Below are positions 1 to 10,189 of a stretch of 64,000 bases of DNA, piece by piece. The position numbers were made by a program, and so were the translations under genes. Under the pieces are notes generated by a model. It was not told where the DNA came from. It saw nothing but the letters and a program-made list of their open reading frames with translations, and searched no databases. The stretch comes from Candidatus Adlerbacteria bacterium (GTDB taxonomy: Bacteria; Patescibacteriota; Minisyncoccia; Phycocordibacterales; SBAW01): positions 37,189-101,188 of the forward strand of contig CAINNF010000012.1 in assembly GCA_903851045.1 (NCBI GenBank), given 5' to 3'. The number at the start of each line of letters is the position of its first letter. The stretch's first letter is position 1.

Positions 1-449
1 TTATCGAAGCCGCTCTGCGTTTAGGCGCAGAAGTTGGGATTATAGAGCTGATTGGCTCACGCTCCAGTACACTGAGGTACGAGTTCGAAGCGTTTCGCAC
101 CACTGAAGCTGCACGCCTCGGCCTCGAAGCGCAGTATCGCGAAGTTGTCGACCAAACTCACCTGACTGATTGGCGCGGTCGCGATGTGGTGCGGTTCTAT
201 CAGGATCATTGCCACGACATGGTGATTGATTCTGCTGGGCAGCGGATTGGGTGCAATGCGTGCCGCCGAATCCACCTTCGCGTTGGGCCGATAGCAGACG
301 GACTCGGAGCAATCCCATGTCCGTTTGAAAACCCGCGTAAAATGATTCCAATCACACACGGCGGAACACTCGTGCCTGGCAGCGTGGAAGATGCACTACA
401 CCTCAACGGTCGCGGCCCGTCGTGGGCCATTGGTACAAAATACGAATAA
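1..449 (+). CDS. Partial CDS (5' truncated), possibly the C-terminus of a MoaA-like radical SAM protein
   Basis: The frame of ORF 186..449 is open back to base 3 (IEAALRLGAEVGIIELIG...). Cys cluster 'CNACRRIHLRVG..DG....PC' resembles the MoaA C-terminal motif CxxCNRLRLTADGxLxPC. Confidence 0.45.
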   Translation, partial: IEAALRLGAEVGIIELIGSRSSTLRYEFEAFRTTEAARLGLEAQYREVVDQTHLTDWRGRDVVRFYQDHCHDMVIDSAGQRIGCNACRRIHLRVGPIADGLGAIPCPFENPRKMIPITHGGTLVPGSVEDALHLNGRGPSWAIGTKYE

Positions 450-802
450 GGAAAATAACTTGGAGGAGCACGGAGACAGGTTCCTCCCCTCAACTAGAGC
501 TGCGACCATATCGAACAGTGTCGCTGCTCTTGAGAGTCTGTTCTTCGACACAACAAAAGGGAGACAATTCATATAACGAAAGACGGCCCGCAACGAGCAG
601 AGGCGCTTGAAATACTAATGGAAACGATCCGAAACAACAGACTAGCTGATACGTGCCTATAATTCTTCACATCACACCACCACCCGAGCCATGGAGGCCT
701 CGGGTGGCTTTACTTTTGTATAAAAAATTGAAAGACGTATACAGCATCTTATGTTCCTTAACTGTAACGACCGTTACACACATGGAACATAGAGATTCAT
801 AC

Positions 803-834
803 AAAAACCACTCCGGCTGGCCGGAGTGGTTTTT
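803..834. terminator. Bidirectional intrinsic terminator downstream of fusA
   Basis: AAAAACCACTCCGG-CTGG-CCGGAGTGGTTTTT perfect hairpin with A/T tails. Confidence 0.8.
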
Positions 835-858
835 CTCGTACAGGGGAATGTATTGGAT

Positions 859-3009
859 TTATTTTCTCGATGCGACGATGGCGTCGGCGACGTTCTTTGG
901 CACTACTTCGTAGTGATCGAACTCCATCGTGAAGCCCGCACGGCCCTTGGTCATCGAACGGAGGTCGGTCGTGTAGCCGAACATCTCCTTCAACGGGACC
1001 CGTGCGCGGATCGCTGAGTTCATGCCGCGGTCTTCGGTACCTTCGATACTTCCGCGCTTGCCCGAGAGCGAGCCGGTCACGTCGCCGAGATACTCCGACG
1101 GTGTGACGACCTCGACCTTCATGATCGGCTCAAGGATGACCGGGCGAGCGGCACGCGCCGCTTCCTGGAAGGCCATCGACGCTGCTATCTTGTAGGCGAT
1201 CTCGGAAGAGTCGACATCGTGGTAGGAACCATAGGTGAGCTCACAGGAGACATCAACCATCTTGAAGCCCGCGACGATACCGCGCTCCATAGCTTCTTTG
1301 ACACCCTTCTCGACAGCGGGAATGAATTCCTGCGGAATGACACCGCCCTTGATGCTGTTGATGAACTCGAAGTGGTCGTAGCGACTGACGTTCTTAGAGA
1401 CCTTGGCACCTTCGACGATCGGCTCCAATGGCTTGATCTTGATCTTCACGTGACCATACTGACCCTTGCCGCCCGTCTGCTTGATGTACTTGTTCTCGAC
1501 TTCCGCTTCGCCCATGATCGTCTCGCGATATGCCACTTGCGGCGCGCCGACGTTAGCATCGACATTGAACTCGCGCTTCATGCGGTCGACGATAATCTCG
1601 AGATGAAGTTCGCCCATGCCGGAGATAAGGGTCTCGTTGGTCTCGTTGTCCGAGGTAATTTTAAGTGTTGGATCTTCGTCAGAAAGTTCTTTAAGCGCGA
1701 TACCCATCTTCTCCTGGTCGGCCTTGGTCTTTGGCTCGATGCGCAGACTGATGACCGGCTCTGGAAATTTGATCTGCTCGAGGATGATGGGGTTCGCTTC
1801 GTCACAGAGCGTATGCGAGGTGCGCACTTCTTTGAGACCCACCGCGGCGGCGATCTCTCCCGCGTAGACCTTCTTCACCTCTTCGCGCTTGTCTGCCTGG
1901 AGACGGACGATGCGGCCGATGCGCTCCTTCTGACCGGTCGTGGAGTTGTAGATATAAGAACCCGCCTCGACGGTACCGGAGTAGACGCGGAAGAAGGCGA
2001 GCTTGCCAACGAACTTGTCAGCCTGGAGTTTGAAGGCGAGCGCAGCAAACGGCTCCTCGTCGCTAGCGTGGCGCACGACCTCTTCGCCGGTCACCGGGTT
2101 GATACCCTTCACTGGCGGCATGTCCAAAGGAGACGGGAGGTAGTCGACGACCGCGTCGAGCACGAGCTGCACACCCTTGTTCTTAAGCGCTGAACCGACG
2201 CACACTGGGAAGATCTCGTTGGCGATGACACCCTTGCGCAACATCTTCTTGAGGTCTTCGTAGGATGGCTCCTTACCTTCGAGATATTCGTTCATCATAA
2301 CCTCGTCCTGCTCGACAATCTTCTCGATAAGCTCGGCGCGATACTTCGCAACCTCGGCCTTCATATCCTCAGGAATGTCATAGGGAATAACTTCGTCGCC
2401 CATGTTGCCCTCGAACTTGTATGCCTTCTGGTCGAGAAGGTCGATCACGCCCTTAAAGTTCTCCTCAGCGCCTATCGGGAGCTGGAGACGGATGGCCTTC
2501 TTGGTGAGACGGTCGAGGATAGACTGGTAGGACTTCTCGAACGACGCGCCCATGCGATCCATCTTGTTGATGAAGCACACGCGGGGCACATTGGCCTCGT
2601 CGGCATAGCGCCAGTTGGTCTCGGACTGCGGCTCTACGCCCGCCACCCCGTCAAAGACGACGACTGCACCATCAAGCACACGCATCGAGCGCTTCACCTC
2701 GACGGTAAAGTCGATGTGGCCTGGGGTATCGATGATATTGAAACGATACTTCTTGGAGGCATCCTTTTTGTCTGTCTCCTGCGTCTTAGACCAAAAACAG
2801 GTAATGGCCGCCGCGGTGATGGTGATGCCACGCTCACGCTCCTGCTCCATCCAGTCGGTGGTGGTCTCCCCTTCGTGCACCTCGCCGATCTTGTGCTGCG
2901 AACCCGTGTAGTACAAAACGCGCTCAGACGTGGTCGTCTTACCGGCGTCGATGTGGGCGATGATCCCGAAGTTACGCACCTTCTCTAGTGGATAGTCTCG
3001 TGTTGGCAT
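859..3009 (-). CDS. fusA: Elongation factor G
   Basis: [26 protein letters not shown] and GMGELHL motifs; 716 aa. Confidence 0.99.
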   Translation of the reverse strand: MPTRDYPLEKVRNFGIIAHIDAGKTTTSERVLYYTGSQHKIGEVHEGETTTDWMEQERERGITITAAAITCFWSKTQETDKKDASKKYRFNIIDTPGHIDFTVEVKRSMRVLDGAVVVFDGVAGVEPQSETNWRYADEANVPRVCFINKMDRMGASFEKSYQSILDRLTKKAIRLQLPIGAEENFKGVIDLLDQKAYKFEGNMGDEVIPYDIPEDMKAEVAKYRAELIEKIVEQDEVMMNEYLEGKEPSYEDLKKMLRKGVIANEIFPVCVGSALKNKGVQLVLDAVVDYLPSPLDMPPVKGINPVTGEEVVRHASDEEPFAALAFKLQADKFVGKLAFFRVYSGTVEAGSYIYNSTTGQKERIGRIVRLQADKREEVKKVYAGEIAAAVGLKEVRTSHTLCDEANPIILEQIKFPEPVISLRIEPKTKADQEKMGIALKELSDEDPTLKITSDNETNETLISGMGELHLEIIVDRMKREFNVDANVGAPQVAYRETIMGEAEVENKYIKQTGGKGQYGHVKIKIKPLEPIVEGAKVSKNVSRYDHFEFINSIKGGVIPQEFIPAVEKGVKEAMERGIVAGFKMVDVSCELTYGSYHDVDSSEIAYKIAASMAFQEAARAARPVILEPIMKVEVVTPSEYLGDVTGSLSGKRGSIEGTEDRGMNSAIRARVPLKEMFGYTTDLRSMTKGRAGFTMEFDHYEVVPKNVADAIVASRK

Positions 3010-3100
3010 ACGTGATAATTATAAAGTAAAAATCCGCCAGCCGGCGGAGCGCACAGGCGTGCTACTACAATAACGAAAACCTGGCAAAAAGCAAGAACAT

Positions 3101-3136
3101 AAAATCCCCGACCACTGGTGTGGTCGGGGACGTTTT
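3101..3136 (-). terminator. Intrinsic terminator closing the polysaccharide cluster
   Basis: aaaa-TCCCCGACCA-ctggtg-TGGTCGGGGA-cgtttt hairpin. Confidence 0.7.
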
Positions 3137-3138
3137 GG

Positions 3139-3351
3139 TCAAACTTCTCTTAGAGCACATGACCCACCGCGGGAGAGATCACTGCCGCAATAGCGCTTGT
3201 CGTTGGCCATAGAAGGTACGCAACGACCATAATCAAGCACACGACCATGATCACAATCATTGCGGTTCTTGGCCAGAGCATGACCAGTCCAACCAAGAGC
3301 GCGGGACCGAACTGCAGTCCCACATACATGAGACACCTTCCTTTCGTTCAT
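3139..3351 (-). CDS. Small Cys-containing hypothetical protein
   Basis: ATGA overlap with the upstream ORF, ends just before a terminator. Confidence 0.35.
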   Translation of the reverse strand: MNERKVSHVCGTAVRSRALGWTGHALAKNRNDCDHGRVLDYGRCVPSMANDKRYCGSDLSRGGSCALREV

Positions 3352-3836
3352 TCAGTGCTTGATTGAGACCAGTTGCCCCACCAAGCGTTGAAGCTACAAC
3401 GTATTTCCACCCCTACGCCACCACGCGATTGTTCGAAGTGGTCATCAAAGAACCCCTCAAGTCCGCAATCGCCGAAACCTCCGGAACTGGGGAGACCGAA
3501 GAAGAATTTGAGGCCTTTACGCAACCTGAAACCCACTCCCACCTGTCCGTAGTGATTCCAAGCGAGACCTGCATAGTCGAAGGTGCCCGCAGTGAACACA
3601 TACGGTCCCCCGCGGAACCCACTACCGAAATCCCACACCTTACCGATTTGCTGGTCGGCACGCCACTGAAGCGTTGGGTTATGCATACCGTCCAGTTTGG
3701 AAATATTAGGAGTACCCAAGAATGGGTATGATCCTCCTACCCATATACTCCCGGGAAGGAACGGGCCGGACGCATGTGCCCCTGGCACGGACCAGAGACA
3801 CAGTGCCATCATGATAGCCAGAGATATCGACTTCAT
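3348..3836 (-). CDS. Secreted hypothetical protein, Gly/aromatic beta-strand rich (possible small beta-barrel)
   Basis: N-terminal signal peptide (…VPGAHA|S), SD AAGGA upstream, alternating beta-strand patterns. Confidence 0.7.
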   Translation of the reverse strand: MKSISLAIMMALCLWSVPGAHASGPFLPGSIWVGGSYPFLGTPNISKLDGMHNPTLQWRADQQIGKVWDFGSGFRGGPYVFTAGTFDYAGLAWNHYGQVGVGFRLRKGLKFFFGLPSSGGFGDCGLEGFFDDHFEQSRGGVGVEIRCSFNAWWGNWSQSSTE

Positions 3837-3880
3837 CTGAGTCCATCCTTTTTTTCTGTGTTACGGACAGTCGAGTCACC

Positions 3881-4984
3881 CTAGTACCGCTTGACCTTTG
3901 CCCATGCGGTTTTCGTCTTCTTGCGCCACATAACCTGGTACATGGCCCACAGGTAGAGCACGTGGTTGAGATACGCGACCCAAAAGTACATCGGGAATTT
4001 GTACACCACATCAGCTCGTCGCAACTTCACGCCGAACCACAGTGCAACCACAAACGAGACAGCAGCATCCAGCGGGAAGAACCATAACACATCCCACGAG
4101 GGCACGAGAGCGACCCCAACCGCAAGCAACGTAATGCGACTGAAGGCGAGTGCCTCAAAAACGAGATACATCATAAGCGCATCGATACGCTGCTTTCTGA
4201 TGTAGGTAAAACGCCTGACCATCGTCAGGAGGTCGATCGGCTCCTTTCTGAGAGACTCGAAGTTCTCGATGAACGTGAATATCCTCTCGACTCGGTAGAC
4301 CTGGAAACCTCCATAGTACCACCGTAGCACTTGGCGTATATAGTCACGCAAGGTACTCGGGTCTTGAGTAAACACCTTCGCTTTAGGCACATACCTCACT
4401 TCTCCCCCCATTCTATGGCAGGCGATCGTGATGTGCATATCCTCAGCAAGTGTCGCTCCAGAGAAACGAAGTCGGCGCAGTGCGCTAGCAAGATAGGTCG
4501 ACGAGCATCCAGGCGCGACCATGACGACGCCACACCTGGACTGCCCAAGCTTAAAGATCGCTTGGTTTAGGCCGTACTCGGCAGCGCGCGCGGCTGTAAT
4601 CCAGCCCCCACGCAAGTTCATGACCTGGCCAACGAAAATCGCCACATTCGGATGCGCCGTGATCTCATCCACCAACACCTGAAAGTAGTTTGGTGCTGGC
4701 CGAGAATCGGCGTCCAAAAGCGTGATATGTGTGTACCGGTCCCACAGTTGAAAATGTTCGAGAGCTGCATTGAGAGCTTCCGCTTTCCCGCGGTTGCGCT
4801 CGAGCGTGAGAAGATTCACACTCTCGAATCTTCGAACAACCTCAGAAGTGCCATCATCGGAAGCGTCGTCAACTATGAAGATGTCTGCAGGGGCGACCCC
4901 GGCGAGGAACAGCGCTTCGAGCGTACGACCGATCACCTTCCTTTCTTTATACGCGGGCACTAGGACGGCGATCCTGGTATCCAC
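3881..4984 (-). CDS. Processive family 2 glycosyltransferase (PgaC/IcaA/cellulose-synthase-like)
   Basis: VPAYKE, DDASDD, DAD, AED and QVLRW (QxxRW) motifs plus C-terminal TM helices. Start placed at GTG 4984 behind GAGGTG. Confidence 0.9.
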   Translation of the reverse strand: MDTRIAVLVPAYKERKVIGRTLEALFLAGVAPADIFIVDDASDDGTSEVVRRFESVNLLTLERNRGKAEALNAALEHFQLWDRYTHITLLDADSRPAPNYFQVLVDEITAHPNVAIFVGQVMNLRGGWITAARAAEYGLNQAIFKLGQSRCGVVMVAPGCSSTYLASALRRLRFSGATLAEDMHITIACHRMGGEVRYVPKAKVFTQDPSTLRDYIRQVLRWYYGGFQVYRVERIFTFIENFESLRKEPIDLLTMVRRFTYIRKQRIDALMMYLVFEALAFSRITLLAVGVALVPSWDVLWFFPLDAAVSFVVALWFGVKLRRADVVYKFPMYFWVAYLNHVLYLWAMYQVMWRKKTKTAWAKVKRY

Positions 4985-5183
4985 TGTCACCTCACTCGCT
5001 GGAGTTACAGAAGGATGTCCTTTTTTAGTATGTAAAGAACATTTAACGGCATTATATGCAGGGTGGTGTAGCTGCGTCAACGTATTACAAAAGCATTTTT
5101 GTGTTGCAGTATATTGTTTTTTTATACAAAAACCCCTTTGCATGATAGTTGCAAAGGGGTTACAGGGAGGAGCGAGATACTTG

Positions 5184-6080
5184 CTACGGCAAGACACTTT
5201 TGAAGGCGTCGAGGGTGCTGGGATCGTGGTCGATGCGCCAGTTCACACCGTCACCGATCGCATTGAAGTAGACGACCGCTACCACATGTTGGTATGTTCC
5301 AATGTGGGCAAATCCCTGCCGTACCCACTCCGCTTGTTTTGGCCCAGGAGCCGAACCCACGGAGCAGATGCAGATCGGTTTATTGAAAATCTGTATCTGC
5401 CGTACGGGGTCGTCATAGATCTCTGCCAGTGTCTGCCAGACTCCGCCTCGGTTGAAGTTAAAGCCGTCCAGCCCAACCCAGTCGACGTATGCGTCGCCCG
5501 GATAATAGTCAACGAGCTGATTGCCTGGAATGTCGGGAAAGGAACCTGCGTTCATGACCCAAGCGAATCTGACGTTCGGTGCCTCGTTCGCAAATATATC
5601 GTGTATGTGCCTCCAAGCTGTAATGAGTTTGGTGGGAGAGTTCGGATTCTTCGCACCAGACCAGGGAGTCCAGTCGCCATTCATCTCGTGAAAAGGAGCG
5701 AGCACGACCGAGCACTTGTCGCGCGCCGCCTCCTGAGCGAACGAATGGATATAGGCGTCCAGGCGTCCGGCATTGATCCGGTCGACACTATACGGTTCGC
5801 CCGTATTTTCCCAATACACAAGGAGCGTCTGACCTTTGGTACAGGTCGAGGCAAAATTGTACGGAAATTGGTCGAAAAACCCTACGAACTTCACAACAAT
5901 GTTCGGTTGCTTCCCCAGTTCTTCGGTCGTCGTACGTACATCTGACGGCCCTCCAGAAAACAGCCCCCACTGAATGGTAGGGGGGAGCTTCGGCGTCGGC
6001 ACGAGCAGATGGTATACGATGGCCCCGACACAGACAATCCCCGCCGCGACCGCTGCGAGAACACCTATCCAATACCGCAT
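5184..6080 (-). CDS. Glycoside hydrolase family 26 (beta-mannanase-like), membrane anchored
   Basis: HEMNGDW, YYPGD.YVDWVGLDGFN and KPI motifs; N-terminal TM helix. Confidence 0.88.
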   Translation of the reverse strand: MRYWIGVLAAVAAGIVCVGAIVYHLLVPTPKLPPTIQWGLFSGGPSDVRTTTEELGKQPNIVVKFVGFFDQFPYNFASTCTKGQTLLVYWENTGEPYSVDRINAGRLDAYIHSFAQEAARDKCSVVLAPFHEMNGDWTPWSGAKNPNSPTKLITAWRHIHDIFANEAPNVRFAWVMNAGSFPDIPGNQLVDYYPGDAYVDWVGLDGFNFNRGGVWQTLAEIYDDPVRQIQIFNKPICICSVGSAPGPKQAEWVRQGFAHIGTYQHVVAVVYFNAIGDGVNWRIDHDPSTLDAFKSVLP

Positions 6081-6227
6081 GACCAGTTCCTTTCACTGGT
6101 TGACTCCGAAGAGTAAAGTACATTTAGTTAGAATGTTTGTCAAAAGACCAAAGACAGTAAAAAGGCTCCGGTCATTCGCATGATCGCAGCCTGTATATAG
6201 AAATCGTAGACCGCCTACCCCTCTTTT

Positions 6228-6419
6228 TTAGCTCACCGTACTTACGATGACGTTCGCCACGACCGCCGCAACGGCGATTGTCTTGGGCCACCAAAGGTAC
6301 CCCAGAAGCCAAAGCATGAGCACCAGTTTGAGCACTGTCGCGGCGGTCTTCGGCCAAAGCATCACCATCCCAACTAGGAACGAAGGTCCGAGAGACAACC
6401 CCATATACATGGCAAACAT
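6228..6419 (-). CDS. Small membrane protein
   Basis: 63 aa, hydrophobic, internal repeat WPKT; strong SD AAGGAGG. Confidence 0.6.
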   Translation of the reverse strand: MFAMYMGLSLGPSFLVGMVMLWPKTAATVLKLVLMLWLLGYLWWPKTIAVAAVVANVIVSTVS

Positions 6420-6482
6420 CCTCCTTTTGGCACTATAAGTATTTTTTATGTGACATGTGTTTTGAGTGAAGTCGCAAGATGA

Positions 6483-6510
6483 GAAAAAAGCCTACTGGGG
6501 ACAGTAGGCT
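6483..6510 (-). terminator. Intrinsic terminator
   Basis: Minus strand AGCCTACTG-tccc-CAGTAGGCT-TTTTT. Confidence 0.7.
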
Positions 6511-6531
6511 GTGTGTACGAATGGTGTGTTG

Positions 6532-7416
6532 TTATATTGGTGGTCTTTTGGTAGCGAGTGCTCGTGCGACCGGAGACCATGGGTAGTCGACGTAGATCTG
6601 GTCCTGGGCTCCCGTCACGGTCATGACACGTATCGCTTTCCCTCTTTGTAGACTCGAAAGATACAAGGCCGTCTCCTTGAACACATCAACTCTCACGGAG
6701 AGATTGTCATCAGCCAGGATCTGGTCAGGCGGCAAGATGTTGTGGTACACGAGGTTCAACCAATAACCCGTTGCCATCGCTTTATCTATGAATCCGAACA
6801 GATCACGAACCGGCGGAATCTTGCCTGTAACTCCGAGACGGCACACCTCGTATGGGTCGATCCTGTTTGGATTACACAGCAGATCAGCCTTCGTAAGAGG
6901 TCCGGCTCCCCACACACCAAAGTGGGACCTGAAACGTTTCTGGATTTCGACGAGCGTCCGATCGTCGTACGCACCGTCCGGCGACGCGAACGCTTGCGGG
7001 ACGATACCGGTATTGCGCGTGATGATATGGCGACAGTCGTCGAGCTCCCAGCATAGTTCCCGGTCAGAAAGGTTGGTCAGTTTTTCATGATGCACCGAGT
7101 GTGCCCCGACCTCCCATCCAGCGTTATGAAACTCGATTATATCGGACCACGAAAACCGTTGCACCCGAAGTATCGTCGGGTCCGATGATGGTGAGGACTC
7201 GGGCGTGGTAGGCGTATTTGGGTCTGCTATGACGAACAAAGTACCGACGAGTCCGAGCTGCTGCATGATCACCAAAGCGTTCTTTTGTGATCGCAGTCCA
7301 TCATCGAACGTGAGGGAGACGATCCCGGGCTTTTTTGGGGCAGCGTGCAGCGCTGATGCGGAGAACAAGGTCGCCGTCACCGCCAAAGGCGACGCGACAA
7401 AGGTACGACGGAACAT
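6532..7416 (-). CDS. Polysaccharide deacetylase (CE4/NodB) with twin-Arg-like signal peptide
   Basis: SLTFDDG, GWEVGAHSVHH, FASPDG and LVYH motifs; N-terminus MFRRTFV…ALHA. Confidence 0.9.
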   Translation of the reverse strand: MFRRTFVASPLAVTATLFSASALHAAPKKPGIVSLTFDDGLRSQKNALVIMQQLGLVGTLFVIADPNTPTTPESSPSSDPTILRVQRFSWSDIIEFHNAGWEVGAHSVHHEKLTNLSDRELCWELDDCRHIITRNTGIVPQAFASPDGAYDDRTLVEIQKRFRSHFGVWGAGPLTKADLLCNPNRIDPYEVCRLGVTGKIPPVRDLFGFIDKAMATGYWLNLVYHNILPPDQILADDNLSVRVDVFKETALYLSSLQRGKAIRVMTVTGAQDQIYVDYPWSPVARALATKRPPI

Positions 7417-7534
7417 GTGTATTCACTCCTTGACTCTAACCACAGAGGGACTTCCTCTGCTCCGGCGGATACCATATCACACTCGATCGATTAGTTCTAC
7501 AAACCCCACTTCGCTTTGCCTCTCGACAGCGGGA

Positions 7535-8512
7535 CTAGATCTGAACTATTTGGTACGCAAGTGTGTGAGAATCGTGGCGAATTAGACCTTGTTCGACGCC
7601 CGCCCGGTTCAAAAAATTACCGCGAACGATCTTCCCCACCTTGCCGCTGAGTCTCGACTCGATTGCAGGAGAGAAATCGACCGGAAACGACTTGTCCTTC
7701 TCGGCGTACCTTGCGAGAAGCTCTGCCGAAGGGGACGCGGTATTCACGATGACCACGTCGAACCCGTCTCGTCCCACATCGTAGGCCAGGAGCGTCTCGA
7801 CGAGGTCGGCGGCCGTGTACCCTCGCGTCTCTGACCATTTGGTCATAATGTTCGCCACATAGACCAACTTCGCGTTCGAACGCCGTATGGCCTCTTGGAT
7901 ACCCGAGACGAGCAGGTTCGGAATAATAGAGGTATACAGATCGCCCGGCCCGAGCACGACGACATCAGCCGCGATGATAGCGTCGACCGCCTCACGGGTA
8001 ATGAAGGCAGCGGGTTCGAGCCAAATACGCCGTATGGTGCGCTCATCCTCGATGCTGCGCGTATCGATGATACCCTCGCCGCACACGGTCGACCCGTCGG
8101 ACAACTCTGCACAGATGTTGGCGCTATTGATGGACACCGGTAACACATCACCTTGCACACCAAGCAACTTACTTACCCTCCTGATACCCTCGATCGGACC
8201 CCAGTTCTGCTCGGCAGCAAGGAGTAGGAGGTTACCGAGGCTGTGGTCAGACAGCGACGAACCGTTCTTCGCGAAACGATGGTTGAACACCGTGCGCAAC
8301 GTATCGTTAGCGTCGTCCGCCAACGCGAGAAGACATTTTCGTATATCCCCCTGTGGAAGGGACCCGAACTCATCGCGCAGCACACCCGTGCTTCCCCCAC
8401 TATCGAACACGGTACAGATCGCGGTCGGATGGACCGGGTAGCCGTGAAGCCCCCGATTGACGGTAAACCCGCCCGTTCCGCCTCCGATAGTAACTATTCT
8501 TTTTCCTAACAT
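7535..8512 (-). CDS. yvcK: YvcK/GlmR (CofD-like, UPF0052) protein
   Basis: IGGGTG, DSGGSTG, GDIR, HSLGNL, GPGDLYTSIIPNL and RHD motifs. Confidence 0.92.
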   Translation of the reverse strand: MLGKRIVTIGGGTGGFTVNRGLHGYPVHPTAICTVFDSGGSTGVLRDEFGSLPQGDIRKCLLALADDANDTLRTVFNHRFAKNGSSLSDHSLGNLLLLAAEQNWGPIEGIRRVSKLLGVQGDVLPVSINSANICAELSDGSTVCGEGIIDTRSIEDERTIRRIWLEPAAFITREAVDAIIAADVVVLGPGDLYTSIIPNLLVSGIQEAIRRSNAKLVYVANIMTKWSETRGYTAADLVETLLAYDVGRDGFDVVIVNTASPSAELLARYAEKDKSFPVDFSPAIESRLSGKVGKIVRGNFLNRAGVEQGLIRHDSHTLAYQIVQI

Positions 8513-8576
8513 ATAACGTATATAAACATCCAAAGATGACGCAAGGTGACAGTACCACAAAGTAGAAAAAAGAATA

Positions 8577-8617
8577 CCGCCCCGACGAATGTGTCCGAGG
8601 ACACTTCGTCGGGGCGG
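8577..8617 (-). terminator. Long GC-rich hairpin (probable terminator)
   Basis: CCGCCCCGACGAA…TTCGTCGGGGCGG with an A-rich tract on the left (U-tract on the minus strand). Confidence 0.6.
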
Positions 8618-8650
8618 ATCGCTCGTGGGAGATTGTATAACCGTGGTGTG

Positions 8651-8920
8651 TTAACTACCCCCATCCAAAAAAACTCTGTAAACACCGGGCGACAAAGTGA
8701 CTTGGGCCGTTCCATCATTCTGCCTTCGCAACAGGGCCGTGTCGGGGATGACGACCTCCGAAGTACTATCACTCCCCAAAGACAAGGTGATGTGGAGATT
8801 CCTGTCTCGAACAGTAACTCTTTTTACCACCCCAGAACGACCGCCAGGATAGACCATGGGACAACCGACCACGGCGCTCCACTCGACTGGCCAACCTATG
8901 CCAACCCCTCCAAAGGGCAT
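8651..8920 (-). CDS. Hypothetical protein
   Basis: 89 aa; GGAG SD upstream and a terminator hairpin downstream. Confidence 0.5.
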   Translation of the reverse strand: MPFGGVGIGWPVEWSAVVGCPMVYPGGRSGVVKRVTVRDRNLHITLSLGSDSTSEVVIPDTALLRRQNDGTAQVTLSPGVYRVFLDGGS

Positions 8921-9085
8921 TGTCTTCGCTCCAAAAAGCTAGACGCCCTATTAGCGTCTAGCGTAAAGCACATATTACAATAATACAACTATGTCGTCAA
9001 GTATACCCAAAGTGAGTTACAACAAACCGGAGCGAGCACACCTCACGAATATGCGTTCAGTGGTAGCCAGAAGCACTATTGTTGC

Positions 9086-9556
9086 TTACCAGGCGAAGTG
9101 TGCGAACGCCTTGTTCGCCTCGGCCATGCGATGAGTATCTTCGCGCTTTTTGACCGCTGGTCCTTCGTTGTTGGCGGCTGCCATCAGTTCTGCCGCGAGA
9201 CGCTCGTGCATCGGCATACCCTTGCGCGCACGTGCCGCAGTGAGAATCCAACGGTAGGCCAACGCTTGCTTGCGCTCGGGGCGGACTTCACGGGGGACCT
9301 GGTAGTTAGCACCACCGACACGACGTGAGCGGATCTCCATCTGAGGACCAACGTTGCGGATAGCGGTCTCGAAGAGTTCGACCGGGTTATCGGTCTTGGT
9401 CTTCTCCACGATAAGGTCGAAGGCATCATAAACGACCTTGCGCGCGGTCGACTTCTTGCCATCCCACATGACGGAATTGATGAACTTCTCGACGCGCACT
9501 GAACTAAACTTCAGGTCTGGGCCGGCGATATTACGATTTTTTACTGGTCGTCGCAT
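9086..9556 (-). CDS. rpsG: 30S ribosomal protein S7
   Basis: [24 protein letters not shown]. Confidence 0.99.
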   Translation of the reverse strand: MRRPVKNRNIAGPDLKFSSVRVEKFINSVMWDGKKSTARKVVYDAFDLIVEKTKTDNPVELFETAIRNVGPQMEIRSRRVGGANYQVPREVRPERKQALAYRWILTAARARKGMPMHERLAAELMAAANNEGPAVKKREDTHRMAEANKAFAHFAW

Positions 9557-9561
9557 ATAAA

Positions 9562-9975
9562 TTATTTACTCTTCTTGCGCTTCACACCGTACCGACTGCG
9601 AGAGACGTTGCGCTTGTCGACGCCGGAGGCGTCGAGACGACCGCGGACGACCTGGTAGCGGACGTTGATGTCCTTCACGCGGCCGGCGCGCACCATGACC
9701 ACCGAGTGCTCCTGGAGATTGTGACCCTCGCCTGGAATGTACGCGGTAATCTCTTGGCCGTTGGTGAGGCGTACGCGAGCGATCTTGCGGATAGCGGAGT
9801 TCGGCTTGCGAGGGGTCATCGTGGTCACCTTGGTGCACACACCACGCTTGAACGGGGATGGGTAGAAGATCGGGCGGTTCTTAAGTACGTTAAACCCGCG
9901 CTGGAGTGCCGGCGCTTTCGATTTACTCTTCAGTTTTGTGCGTCCCTTGCGGACGAGCTGTGATATGCGTGCCAT
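9562..9975 (-). CDS. rpsL: 30S ribosomal protein S12
   Basis: [33 protein letters not shown]. Confidence 0.99.
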   Translation of the reverse strand: MARISQLVRKGRTKLKSKSKAPALQRGFNVLKNRPIFYPSPFKRGVCTKVTTMTPRKPNSAIRKIARVRLTNGQEITAYIPGEGHNLQEHSVVMVRAGRVKDINVRYQVVRGRLDASGVDKRNVSRSRYGVKRKKSK

Positions 9976-10045
9976 TAGTACTTAAAAACGCCCTCAGGCG
10001 CTTGTGGGCTACTCTACTATACAGCGGGCAATTGTGCAAACTTTA

Positions 10046-10111
10046 CTACTTGTTCGGACCATACTCCCCGTGGGCTTCGCAGATTTCTTTCATAAGCCCC
10101 GGACCTTCAAA
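10046..10111 (-). repeat. Displaced degenerate copy of the pyrD 3' end (matches 11308..11373)
   Basis: Translates FEGPGLMKEICEAHGEYGPNK* versus the pyrD end FEGPGLMKEICEAYAEEYGGR*. Confidence 0.9.
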
Positions 10112-10189
10112 GGTCGTATTGGCCATATGGCAAAACGACCCGTCACTCACCAAGGTGAGGACGGGTCGTGGGTACTCAAACGATCTCGT

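Noticed and set aside
1219-2193. Long antisense ORFs (also 4770..5945, 28415..29509, 32390..33649, 35678..36736, 39615..40976, 42558..43406)
   Set aside because: Shadows of GC3-rich genes on the opposite strand; no motifs or RBS.
6115-6149. boxA-like GGTCTTTTGACAA upstream of GH26
   Set aside because: Equally explained as a -35 TTGACA with TACTTT 17 nt downstream; not counted as boxA evidence.
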